Below, one piece after another: positions 55,200 through 63,062 of a DNA stretch of 63,062 bases. The DNA lies in the IMG/VR virus record IMGVR_UViG_3300033429_000003, positions 1 to 63,062 of that record. The stretch is one strand, 5' to 3'. This DNA is from a virus (lineage: Duplodnaviria > Caudoviricetes). The notes below the pieces were generated by a model that saw only the letters and a list, made by a program, of their open reading frames with translations, searched no databases and was not told where the DNA came from. The position numbers and the translations under genes were made by a program. Numbering within the stretch: the first letter of the stretch is position 1; every line of letters begins with the position of its first letter.

Positions 55200-55702
55200 G
55201 CACTTGGGAGATAATCCTGTTGGTGGTTGCCATCAACTGGCTGTCGCCCTTGCTGCTGTGGCTCTACCCACTGGTGATGCTCCTGCGCAAGGAGTTCGTC
55301 TTTGACGGCTTCTACGGCCCATGGGCGAAGTTCAAGCTGGCCAGCCCAGCTACGGACTCATGGCACACCAGGCGGTGGAGAGGATGGGGAGGAGTGGGTC
55401 TGTATGGCTTCATGTGCTACCGACTTATTCCCAACTGGAACATCTTCACGAGACAGAGGATAATACTCCATGAGGCAGCGCACTGCCGGCAATGGGCAGT
55501 ACTTGGTTTGAGCTTCCTCTTGTTCTACGCAGCGCACGTGGCTTGGATCCTGGTCACCCAGAAGTTGAAAGGACCACCGTACACAAGGCACCCCTACTTC
55601 GATTGCTGGTTTGAGGAGCGTGCTCGGAAAGCTGCAGGTCAAAGGGTTGTTATCCCGCCGCGCGACTGGCCCGGAGGTAAAGAAGACCTGTGGCCCTGGT
55701 AA
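55196..55702 (+). CDS. Membrane protein with HExxH motif (DUF4157-like)
   Basis: ILHEAAHCRQW...WFEERAR; TM helices. Confidence 0.65.
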   Translation: MSTWEIILLVVAINWLSPLLLWLYPLVMLLRKEFVFDGFYGPWAKFKLASPATDSWHTRRWRGWGGVGLYGFMCYRLIPNWNIFTRQRIILHEAAHCRQWAVLGLSFLLFYAAHVAWILVTQKLKGPPYTRHPYFDCWFEERARKAAGQRVVIPPRDWPGGKEDLWPW

Positions 55703-55714
55703 CGAAAGGACCGC

Positions 55715-55894
55715 ATGAAACCAACCACCCTCAACAAAATCCTCGCCCACGGGACATCCTGTTCCAACAAATCGTTTGTCAGACGTGAACAACTGAAGGA
55801 GGGCACAAAGCTCATCCACGTCTTCTGCTGTGACAAGTGCGGGTGGAAAACGACGGAGCTAGTGGGAGTCTACGAAAGCAAGACCGCAGCATAG
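55715..55894 (+). CDS. 59-aa protein not in the ORF track
   Basis: AAGGA RBS; MKPTTLNK...FCCDKCGW...KTAA. Confidence 0.55.
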   Translation: MKPTTLNKILAHGTSCSNKSFVRREQLKEGTKLIHVFCCDKCGWKTTELVGVYESKTAA

Positions 55895-55909
55895 TGCTTC
55901 TCAGGCGGC

Positions 55910-56113
55910 ATGCAGGGACCTAGCATGGACTGCATGCCGCCTGTGTCTCTCCCACTGTATAAGTGCCCCTTCTGCAAGGCGCTCTTCTACGACAGAGAGA
56001 CGGCCAAGAGCCATATCAAGGAGAAGCACTACTCGCAAATGACGAAACAAGCGGCCTCAACGGCTTCTTTTTTTAACCGGAGTTCATATGCCACGAAAGG
56101 ACCAAGCGAGTAG
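55910..56113 (+). CDS. C2H2 Zn-finger protein
   Basis: YKCPFC..F......SHIKEKH. Confidence 0.6.
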   Translation: MQGPSMDCMPPVSLPLYKCPFCKALFYDRETAKSHIKEKHYSQMTKQAASTASFFNRSSYATKGPSE

Positions 56114-56402
56114 GCACGTCAAAGCGCATGGTGGAAGCTACCTCAAGGTGGCAGCGGCAGTGGGGGCCTTGGCCACTGCAATCAACGGCTACGTGGACCT
56201 GCAGAAGAACCAGGAAGCCCTCCTGCAGACGATTGCCGTTAGGATCAATTCCCTCACGGCCAAGGTGTCCTACCTAGAGGGGCAACTGGGAAGGCGCGTT
56301 GGGCCCCCCAGGCCGATCACAGATGATGGGGCATACCGGAAGGTACCCAAGAACTTCAAGGAGCTCAGAAAGAGCCTCCAGGGCCCTCAGGAGGGGAAAT
56401 GA
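56088..56402 (+). CDS. Hypothetical protein (hydrophobic segment plus coiled coil)
   Basis: GGAG RBS; ATGA overlap with the next gene. Confidence 0.55.
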   Translation: MPRKDQASRHVKAHGGSYLKVAAAVGALATAINGYVDLQKNQEALLQTIAVRINSLTAKVSYLEGQLGRRVGPPRPITDDGAYRKVPKNFKELRKSLQGPQEGK

Positions 56403-56839
56403 CCCTGGAAGATATGGAAGACCGCCTCTACTGCTACAGGGCTACCTGTAGGACGGTCGTGGACGGTGACACGCTCGACCTCTACATCGACCTGGGACTG
56501 CGTATGTCCTGCCGGCAACGGTGCCGCTTGCTCGGGCTCGATGCACCAGAGATCCATGGGGTAAAAAAAGGTACCAAGGAGTTCCAAAAAGGGGTTGACG
56601 CAGCCAGCGAATTGGCGGGCCTGCTCCAGCCCGAATACCTGGGTCACGGGTTGGACAAGCACATCCCCCCAGAGTTGTACTCAGGCCCAAGCGCCCCTCT
56701 ATGGGTTGAGACGGTCAAGGATAAGGTAGGGAAATACGGACGCTTTTTGGTAAAGGTGTGGGTCTGGCAGGGCAGCGAAATACTCTACCTCAACCAGCAT
56801 CTCATAGATAAGGGGTTTGCCGAGAAGAGGCGGTACTGA
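56399..56839 (+). CDS. Thermonuclease (SNase-like)
   Basis: VVDGDT, RLLGLDAPE, GKYGRFL, LN..LI..G.A. Confidence 0.9.
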   Translation: MTLEDMEDRLYCYRATCRTVVDGDTLDLYIDLGLRMSCRQRCRLLGLDAPEIHGVKKGTKEFQKGVDAASELAGLLQPEYLGHGLDKHIPPELYSGPSAPLWVETVKDKVGKYGRFLVKVWVWQGSEILYLNQHLIDKGFAEKRRY

Positions 56840-57160
56840 TACCTACCCACCCTTCGATTCCCCTTGGCGACCGCCCCTTTACGCTCGAGCGTACGTCATA
56901 TGTATCTTGCAAAATCTGTGTAATCTAATAGAATAAGGGCAGGTGATTGTCATGTTGATGAGAGAACCGAAAGTCTGGTCGCACGTTGGGGCGGGTGAGC
57001 TGAAGAAGCTGACGAAGGAAGCTCAGGATGAGCTGACGCGTGAGCATCTCAGGAAGCTCCAGGTTGCGTGGAAAAAGCCGAGGCGGGCCAAGAAGCTCGA
57101 AGCTGCCTGACCCACCGCGGCCCGGGAGACTAGGCTGCACCTGCCAGCAGCCATGCTCCC

Positions 57161-57382
57161 CTATTCCCAACCATGGTCTTCAGCTAGCCAACGGGGGATG
57201 GATACTTCCCCAGGTGTCTTTTTGTCGTGTTCCTCGATGTCCTCGAGGTTATCGATTTGACTCTTGGGGATCCATTCTTCCGACCCCTCAATCTCAAAGA
57301 GCACGGCTCTGTCTGTGATGTGGATAATGCGCTCGAACCCCACTTCAACAGGCTCTTTCCGTTCAGCCCATTTAGTGCTCAT
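57161..57382 (-). CDS. Small phage protein
   Basis: TDRAVLF...EEWIPKSQI...IPRWLA. Confidence 0.7.
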   Translation of the reverse strand: MSTKWAERKEPVEVGFERIIHITDRAVLFEIEGSEEWIPKSQIDNLEDIEEHDKKTPGEVSIPRWLAEDHGWE

Positions 57383-57936
57383 GCTGCCCCCGCTACGGAC
57401 ATCTTCTTCTGGACATCTGCCGCTCTCTCCTCAAGGACTTCAACCGCCCGCCTGTGCTCTTCCTTGAGGGTCTCTAAGGCTTCGCTACGTTCATTCTCGC
57501 AACCTGCTATGTCGCTATTGTACTTCTTTGTCAGGATATTAGAATGCCTGTTGAACTCTTCGAGTGCCTTCTCGATCTCTCTCTGGCACGTGTCAATAGC
57601 TTTTACCTTGCCATCCTTGAAAGCCTGCTCTGCCGCCTTGACCGCTTTCTTCCTCTCTTCGTCCAACCCGTTGAGCCTGGAGACAAGAGAAGCTTGAGCT
57701 TTCTCCTGGGCTTTCTTCTTGTCTACCTGGAAGGGCTTGATGCGGTTGGTTGCCGTAACTCTGACGTAGGACAGCTTCTCCTTCCACTGTCGGTGGAAGT
57801 CATCCAAAGCCTTCTCTTGAACAGCCCTCAGCCGGGCTTGCTCCCTTGATAGCTCTCGTAGTTCTTGCCTCATACCTTCGAGCTCTGCCCTGGTAACCAT
57901 ATCCCCTCCGATGGTCTCACAAAATGAGACCCCCAA
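57379..57936 (-). CDS. Coiled-coil protein
   Basis: E/K/A-rich; likely start at MVTR after GGAGG. Confidence 0.65.
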   Translation of the reverse strand: MGVSFCETIGGDMVTRAELEGMRQELRELSREQARLRAVQEKALDDFHRQWKEKLSYVRVTATNRIKPFQVDKKKAQEKAQASLVSRLNGLDEERKKAVKAAEQAFKDGKVKAIDTCQREIEKALEEFNRHSNILTKKYNSDIAGCENERSEALETLKEEHRRAVEVLEERAADVQKKMSVAGAA

Positions 57937-57967
57937 TCCTAGTAAAATCAGCTACTTAACTAATAGC

Positions 57968-58168
57968 CTAACTGTTACTTGTAGTCTCATGAGACAGGGT
58001 TAATGTCAAGGTCTGTCCGTCGTCCAATACCACGTGCAGCTTTTCTGGGTCCTCTATCAGGGCGGCTTCTACTCGTCTCCCGTCGAAGGTCCAGTCCGTG
58101 CGGTTGTACAGCTCATTGGCTATGGTGTTTAGCACCTCGTTATATACCCCTGGTAGATTATGCTCCAT
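57968..58168 (-). CDS. Hypothetical protein
   Basis: Packed - strand operon. Confidence 0.5.
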   Translation of the reverse strand: MEHNLPGVYNEVLNTIANELYNRTDWTFDGRRVEAALIEDPEKLHVVLDDGQTLTLTLSHETTSNS

Positions 58169-58514
58169 CTTCTACGACCCCCAACTTAGCACACCAGTCT
58201 TGTAGTAGCTCCGAGAACCTCTCAGCTTCTTGCCGGGACGGTACGGGTACTCTCTCGTCCCGTGTTCGCATCCACAGGTCGTCAGCATACCGCTTCATAT
58301 CTTCTAGCAACGGGTTGACGGTGCTCCTCGCGTTTTCCTTCCAGTCTTCCAGGTCTCCCAGCTTGTCACTGTCAACTTCGAACCGGTCCCTCGCTTCCCG
58401 AAGCTCAGTCAGTTCCCTGTCCATGTCCAACTGCGCTCTGGACAGAGACTCTACTTGGTTTCTGAGGTACCCTATTACCTCCTTTAGCCTCTCCATTACA
58501 TCACGGTCTTCCAT
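58158..58514 (-). CDS. Hypothetical coiled-coil protein
   Basis: GAGG RBS. Confidence 0.6.
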   Translation of the reverse strand: MEDRDVMERLKEVIGYLRNQVESLSRAQLDMDRELTELREARDRFEVDSDKLGDLEDWKENARSTVNPLLEDMKRYADDLWMRTRDERVPVPSRQEAERFSELLQDWCAKLGVVEDGA

Positions 58515-58533
58515 GGCCCCCTCGCACGGTGAA

Positions 58534-58755
58534 TTATCTTCGGTGAACTACCAAGTCTTCCCTTCTACCTGGGTGTTCCTTACCCGTCTTCGATAACCTT
58601 ATCCAGTAGACATTCCCCCTAGCATACGGCTCTATTCGAGTTACCACCCCTTCACCACCAGGAGCTCTGTGCTTTGTCCCCTCGCCGAATACACCTATCA
58701 GAGCCCTACGACGAAGGCGAACGAAGGAGCCCACCTCAATGCTTGTCTTTGTCAT
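58534..58755 (-). CDS. Small SH3-like hypothetical protein
   Basis: IEVGSFVRL...GVVTRI...YWIRL. Confidence 0.55.
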   Translation of the reverse strand: MTKTSIEVGSFVRLRRRALIGVFGEGTKHRAPGGEGVVTRIEPYARGNVYWIRLSKTGKEHPGRREDLVVHRR

Positions 58756-58787
58756 ATTTGTAGCTCCACTTCCTCAATATTGTGATC

Positions 58788-59099
58788 TTAGGTTCTTCCG
58801 GTGGAGGGCGCACCGTTATCACTCCGATTACCGCCTCTCCTACCTTCCTTGCTTCCTTTTCCATCTTCTTGAGTTGTTCCCACATCTCTCTGTAGTCTGT
58901 CACTCTCTTCCCCCGTCCATGCTTGTTCCAGCGTCTGCTTTATAGCATCCAGCGTTGCTGCCCACTTATCCGGATCGAACCCACTCATAGGGTCGAAGTC
59001 CCCATAGTGCCTCTCCCGAACAAGGTAAGCCTTACTAGATACCGCCGAGATTAACTCCACCCATTCACCCTCACTCAATTCCAACTCAACCTTTGCCAT
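58788..59099 (-). CDS. Hypothetical protein
   Basis: GGAGGGGAG RBS at MAKVEL; GGTATAAG upstream. Confidence 0.55.
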   Translation of the reverse strand: MAKVELELSEGEWVELISAVSSKAYLVRERHYGDFDPMSGFDPDKWAATLDAIKQTLEQAWTGEESDRLQRDVGTTQEDGKGSKEGRRGGNRSDNGAPSTGRT

Positions 59100-59197
59100 C
59101 TCCCCTCCAGTTACCCGTAAGGACGCCCACAAGCCTTATACCCGATTGGTATTTTCCTTTATCACTGATGTGCTAGCATTAGGTAAAGGAGGCTGTC

Positions 59198-59422
59198 ATG
59201 GTAACAGGTCTTAGCTTGGCTGTCCTTGCCCTGATCGTAGCCTTGGCCGTTAGCTGGAAAGAATCCACAGCGGTAAGAAAGGAGTTAGAAGCCCTGTGGG
59301 AAAGGACTAGGGACTTGCACAACAAGGTGGAAGGTCTAGAAGAAAAGCATTGTTCATCAGCCGGAGAGCTTAAGAGGGTTAGGGAGTTCACCCTCAGACT
59401 GCAGAAGGACATACATCAATGA
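59198..59422 (+). CDS. Small membrane-anchored coiled-coil protein
   Basis: AAGGAGG RBS; N-terminal TM helix. Confidence 0.65.
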   Translation: MVTGLSLAVLALIVALAVSWKESTAVRKELEALWERTRDLHNKVEGLEEKHCSSAGELKRVREFTLRLQKDIHQ

Positions 59423-59613
59423 GAGAGATACTCGTGTTAGACGGAGAGACCGGGATGCCCAAACGAATAGATGGTACGATACCTGAGTGGGCATTAGACC
59501 GTAAACGCCGAGCAGAAGCTTATTGTGATAACAAAGGTTGGCCTTCCGACCTCAAGATGCTGACACTCGAGCAGCTACACGAGCTCCAAGACGCCATCGG
59601 GAACACTCCGTAG
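59419..59613 (+). CDS. Hypothetical protein
   Basis: ATGA overlap. Confidence 0.55.
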   Translation: MREILVLDGETGMPKRIDGTIPEWALDRKRRAEAYCDNKGWPSDLKMLTLEQLHELQDAIGNTP

Positions 59614-59652
59614 ACGCACAAATCGCCACCCACCAAAAAACAAGCACTTACA

Positions 59653-59784
59653 CGTTTTGGTCGATTGAAACGGTCGAAGTCGTTGAATTGAAAGAGGAAT
59701 CACGGATCCCACGGACACGTGTCCGTGGGATCCCGAATTTCCCTTTAGGCACAAGGAGTTTCGCCGTTTCGATCGACCAAAATG
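59653..59784. repeat. Extended inverted repeat with perfect 30-bp central palindrome
   Basis: GGATCCCACGGACAC|GTGTCCGTGGGATCC (59704-59733); outer arms TTTTGGTCGATTGAAACGG and CCGTTTCGATCGACCAAAA. Confidence 0.9.
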
Positions 59785-59799
59785 GCCTATTCCCCCCCA

Positions 59800-60546
59800 C
59801 CCCTGCCTTGCAGGACCCGCCAACCCGCGACCTCCTAGCCTTGCCTGCCCTGCCTCGACCACCGTGCCGCGACTCGCCTACCGCTCCTAGCCCTGCCTTG
59901 CCTGCCACGTGCGCCTTGCCTTGAACCGCCTCGCCGAGCCTGCCGTGCCGTGCACTCCTTACGCCGCCGCAGCCCGCCTTGCCTGCCCAGCCTTACCTCT
60001 CATGCCTAACCTAGCCCGCCCCACCACACCGCGCATCGCCGAGCCCCTCGAGCCATGCCCGCCGAGCCAACCCCGACCCGCCGGGCCGCGCCTTGCCATC
60101 GCGGCCACGCCTGCCCTGACTTGCCACTCCAAGAGTGCCCAAACTCGCCCGTCCTTGCCTGCCTTGCCTCCCCTTCCATGCCAGGCCTGGACTCGCCTCG
60201 ACCCGCCTCACCTTCCATGCCATGCCGGCCCCGCCCAGCCTCAGTGCGCCTCGCCGTTCATGCCTCGCCCCAAGCACCATGCCACACCTGCCATGTATCG
60301 CCCCGCCGCTCCCTACCTTCCTGACCACGACAAGCCTCGCCTGCCACGTCTAACCATGACACGTCCACCGAAACGTACCTCAACATGCCTTGCCTGCCAG
60401 AACACACCAAGCCTCAACAGACCATGAGAGCCTAGCCTTACCAGCCCCACCCAGCGTACCTTACCTTGCCAAGCCTCGCCGGCCCTCCACGCCTAGACGT
60501 ACCCGGCCTCTACAAGCCTAGCCACCCAAGCCTCGCCTGCCTCACC
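59800..60546 (-). repeat. Array of GGY-NN pentamers in ~14 units (candidate guide-RNA array)
   Basis: - strand reads GGC-GA-GGC-TT-GGC-AA-GGT-AA-GGT...; GGY-N-GGY delimiters (mostly GGCAGGC) every 33-67 nt. Confidence 0.85.
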
Positions 60547-60820
60547 ATCCTGCGAGTTCTAGCGACTCGACCACGGAGTTGCCCTCCGGCTCGGTTGGAG
60601 TTGCATCGGACAAAGCCACACAGACGCTGCTGCCGTTCTCCCAGATGCGGAGGTTGGCATCCAAAGGAGTTCCCCCTGGGGCGTCGAAGAGACGAAAGAT
60701 TTGGCCCTTCTTGATGTCCGAGAAATGCACGGCCTTCCAGGTCCCCATCATCTTGTCCGCTATCTGATCGTGCCTGATGTTTGACAGCACCTCGCACCGC
60801 CTGAGTTCGAGCTCTCCCAT
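60542..60820 (-). CDS. Small hypothetical protein between the RAMP-like gene and the array
   Basis: WKAVHFSDIKKGQIFRLFD; stop abuts the first repeat. Confidence 0.6.
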   Translation of the reverse strand: MGELELRRCEVLSNIRHDQIADKMMGTWKAVHFSDIKKGQIFRLFDAPGGTPLDANLRIWENGSSVCVALSDATPTEPEGNSVVESLELAGW

Positions 60821-60825
60821 TTGCC

Positions 60826-61455
60826 CTAACCCCCTGTCTGGTACTTCTTGGCCTCTTCTGCGCCAGCCACATGGAAGCGACCGTTGCGCCCATCCTTCTC
60901 AGGGCGCCACTCACCCACGCCCACGCCAAAACCCGCCGTATTGAAGATGTTGACAAGCTGGTCTCGGCTGATGGCGCTGGCGTTGTACTCTATGTCAATG
61001 GTGGCCCACCACTTCTTGAACTCGCCACGGTAGCGCAGGTCGGCAGTGCCCATGCCTACACGCACCATGTCTTCACGCATGACAGGCTCACCACCGTGTA
61101 TCTGAATGAGGTCACCTCCGAGGATGTGGAAGGTCTGGCGGGCGAACACTTTCTTCACCCCGTCAATCTGGCTGCAGGCAGTGACGGCCGCTGCCTTGAA
61201 GGCCACGGCAGGGAAACCGTAGCCGCCCTCCATATGGTAGAGGGACTCTTGGAAATCCTTCTCGGGGTCTCGGATCTCCTTGCCCTTGCTAGCTTTCTTC
61301 TGCTGTTTGTCTAGCATCGCTTGCTTGGCCTTCTTCGACCAAGCGTGGACGATGAGAGGGGAGTCACCTACGAGGGTGAGAGTGAGCTTCCTAATGTTGA
61401 GGGTGGGAACTTTGATTTCTTGCTCTGAAGCTGTCTTTGCTTTTGCAGTTGCCAT
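60826..61455 (-). CDS. Stand-alone RAMP/Cas7-like RRM protein
   Basis: LTLVGDSPLIVH, FPAVAFKAA, RYRGEF, G-rich loop GFGVGVGEWRPEKDGRNGRF; AAGGAG RBS at 61455. Confidence 0.75.
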   Translation of the reverse strand: MATAKAKTASEQEIKVPTLNIRKLTLTLVGDSPLIVHAWSKKAKQAMLDKQQKKASKGKEIRDPEKDFQESLYHMEGGYGFPAVAFKAAAVTACSQIDGVKKVFARQTFHILGGDLIQIHGGEPVMREDMVRVGMGTADLRYRGEFKKWWATIDIEYNASAISRDQLVNIFNTAGFGVGVGEWRPEKDGRNGRFHVAGAEEAKKYQTGG

Positions 61456-61515
61456 TGAGGTCTCCTTGGTTGCCATGTCTCCCGAGCGGGGTAATAGCAA
61501 CCAAGGAGGTTATGT

Positions 61516-61743
61516 TCAAGGCCTGCTTTTATCTCTTATCGCTAATAGGACGTCTACCAACTCTCTTATTAGCTTGGTGTCCTCCCTATTTCGGCAATCA
61601 AAGCCGAGTTCGATCTCTAGGCTCAGCCCCACATGCGGGTTGAACCTGAACCTCGTTGGCCGCCCCCAGTCCTTGCCTCTGCCGTACTCAGGGGTGGGCT
61701 TGGCCCGACTCTGCGAGTACTTCCACTTGCGGATGTCGAACAC
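61516..61743 (-). CDS. Hypothetical protein
   Basis: GAGGAGG RBS. Confidence 0.5.
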   Translation of the reverse strand: MFDIRKWKYSQSRAKPTPEYGRGKDWGRPTRFRFNPHVGLSLEIELGFDCRNREDTKLIRELVDVLLAIRDKSRP

Positions 61744-61880
61744 ACCCGTCCTCCTCTCTAGCTCCTTGATGAGCCCCTAACCGCATTCCAATCCTAGGGC
61801 CCTTGCTATCAGGAAGGCCGCGCTCAGGAGCGTGCTAGAACACACCACACCGGCCACAACCCCTAACCAGAACTGTTCAT

Positions 61881-62111
61881 TCATCCTGTGCCCCTCTCGT
61901 AGACCTCTACCAGGTTCCCACGCTCGAGGATGAACCTGGTAGCCTGCGCCCTCCCCATGTCCTTGAGCGTCCTGTCAGAGACTTCTACGATGGCGTAGGA
62001 GGGGAGGTCGAGTGGGTCCTCGAACCCCACCACGATGCCTACCCTCTTGCCTCGCCAACGGATGTGCTCTGTACGCCGGTAGGTCCGGTCAGCCAGCAGG
62101 CGTATCCGCAT
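61881..62111 (-). CDS. Hypothetical protein
   Basis: Packed operon. Confidence 0.5.
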   Translation of the reverse strand: MRIRLLADRTYRRTEHIRWRGKRVGIVVGFEDPLDLPSYAIVEVSDRTLKDMGRAQATRFILERGNLVEVYERGTG

Positions 62112-62445
62112 CGCTATTTCCTTCCCACGTCATCTCTCTCCCAGGTGCCCCTACGAAGTCGTGGCGGGCGTAGAATGCCCTCTGTACCTCATAGGGGACG
62201 TCATACCCCCCAGGAGCCACTACAATCGGCTCAGAGCTCATCTCTCGCACCAGCTCGACGGCGCGCATGAGGCACCGTGAGCCGAAGCCCTGGCGCCTGA
62301 AAGGCTCCTTGACCACCACCCTCGAGACCCACCAATGGTCTACCACATGGTCGATGCTTGCATTGGCTACCCCCACGTGGCCTACCTGCAAGTTGACCGA
62401 CACGTGCTCAGGCTGCTGTACCTCTATTGCCCTCGGCTCCTTCAT
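62089..62445 (-). CDS. GNAT acetyltransferase
   Basis: VSRVVVKEPFRRQGFGS...AFYARHDF. Confidence 0.8.
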   Translation of the reverse strand: MKEPRAIEVQQPEHVSVNLQVGHVGVANASIDHVVDHWWVSRVVVKEPFRRQGFGSRCLMRAVELVREMSSEPIVVAPGGYDVPYEVQRAFYARHDFVGAPGREMTWEGNSDADTPAG

Positions 62446-63061
62446 GTTTGGCTTCCTCCCTAGCCATAGCCTTCTTGAACCAGTTTTCTGGTAGGTCCAA
62501 GCCCTTCACTGCTTTCTCCATGAACTTCTTGGCCTCTTCGGTCTCTGCCCTTTTCCTCATGCACCAGACCAGCATCAGGGGCAGAGGTGTCGTCAGCGAG
62601 CTATTCGTGGCCTGCACGCACAATCCCAGTGTAGCTCTCCTGAACTGCCTGTTGTCCAGCATGGCTACCTTCTTCGTCGTGTTGAGCTTTGGGTCACACA
62701 GCTCTACAGGTGACGACACGTAGTACCACCGGCAGGGCCCGGGCCGAAACTCATAGAGCATGCAGTCGTTCGAGCTCTGGTTCAGCAAGGGGCAGGTGAT
62801 GTCCAGCTTGAAGTACTCCCTGCTGTCATAGATGCCCTGCCCTGCAATGGAAGCTTCCCTGGCAGACATGGCGACCCGCTTCCAGTCTGGAAGCTTGAGG
62901 GCGTTGTCTGCTAGCAGGAGCCCCTCCAGAAGGTGGACAGTGGCCATCATGCTGCAGCAGTGGGTGCAGCCGCGCTTGCACGTGGGCCCTATGCCTGACT
63001 TCCTCATGAATTGGTGGAGGAGCGGGCCCAGCCCCTCCCAGAGCTTTAATAGCTCTCCAGT
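62408..63061 (-). CDS. YkgJ/FliB-like CxxCxxCC cysteine-cluster protein (frame open to window end)
   Basis: CKRGCTHCC, CPLL, C.LYEFRPGPCR; no in-frame stop up to the edge. Confidence 0.8.
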   Translation of the reverse strand, partial: TGELLKLWEGLGPLLHQFMRKSGIGPTCKRGCTHCCSMMATVHLLEGLLLADNALKLPDWKRVAMSAREASIAGQGIYDSREYFKLDITCPLLNQSSNDCMLYEFRPGPCRWYYVSSPVELCDPKLNTTKKVAMLDNRQFRRATLGLCVQATNSSLTTPLPLMLVWCMRKRAETEEAKKFMEKAVKGLDLPENWFKKAMAREEAKHEGAEGNRGTAA

Positions 63062-63062
63062 C

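Noticed and set aside
59800-60546. Canonical CRISPR array or simple microsatellite
   Set aside because: No identical 23-50-nt repeats with spacers, and too regularly variable and punctuated for a slippage repeat.
59575-60956. Several Pro/Arg/Gly-rich ORFs over the repeat region (e.g. 59909-60427)
   Set aside because: By-products of a stop-poor 5-nt-period repeat; no RBS, and the period is not a multiple of 3.

Overview
A 63-kb piece of a large GC-rich tailed phage with a contractile tail (myovirus-like). No host genes, rRNA, tRNA or canonical CRISPR were seen. About 1-46.7 kb is a mostly + strand virion module: portal 3' end, a single-chain beta-beta' RNA polymerase with an intein, baseplate spike, intein-containing terminase large subunit, a prohead-protease polyprotein, scaffold-like proteins, capsid, neck proteins, tail sheath and tail tube. 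About 46.8-63 kb holds nucleotide/DNA-metabolism and small accessory genes. The strongest signal is at 59.8-61.5 kb (- strand): a stand-alone RAMP/Cas7-like gene followed by a ~750-nt array of GGY-NN pentamers punctuated into ~14 units, a candidate non-CRISPR RNA-guided (VIPR-like) system, next to a ~130-bp inverted repeat with a perfect 30-bp palindrome. Other signals: pervasive K-x-A motifs and AFxDELxKxA leaders suggesting protease-processed head cargo (enzymes and cationic Gly-zipper peptides), an HNH gene nested antisense inside the protease polyprotein without breaking its frame, and a -1 frameshift (C CCT TTT plus hairpin) extending a Gly-zipper protein. All calls come from reading motifs by eye; no searches were run.
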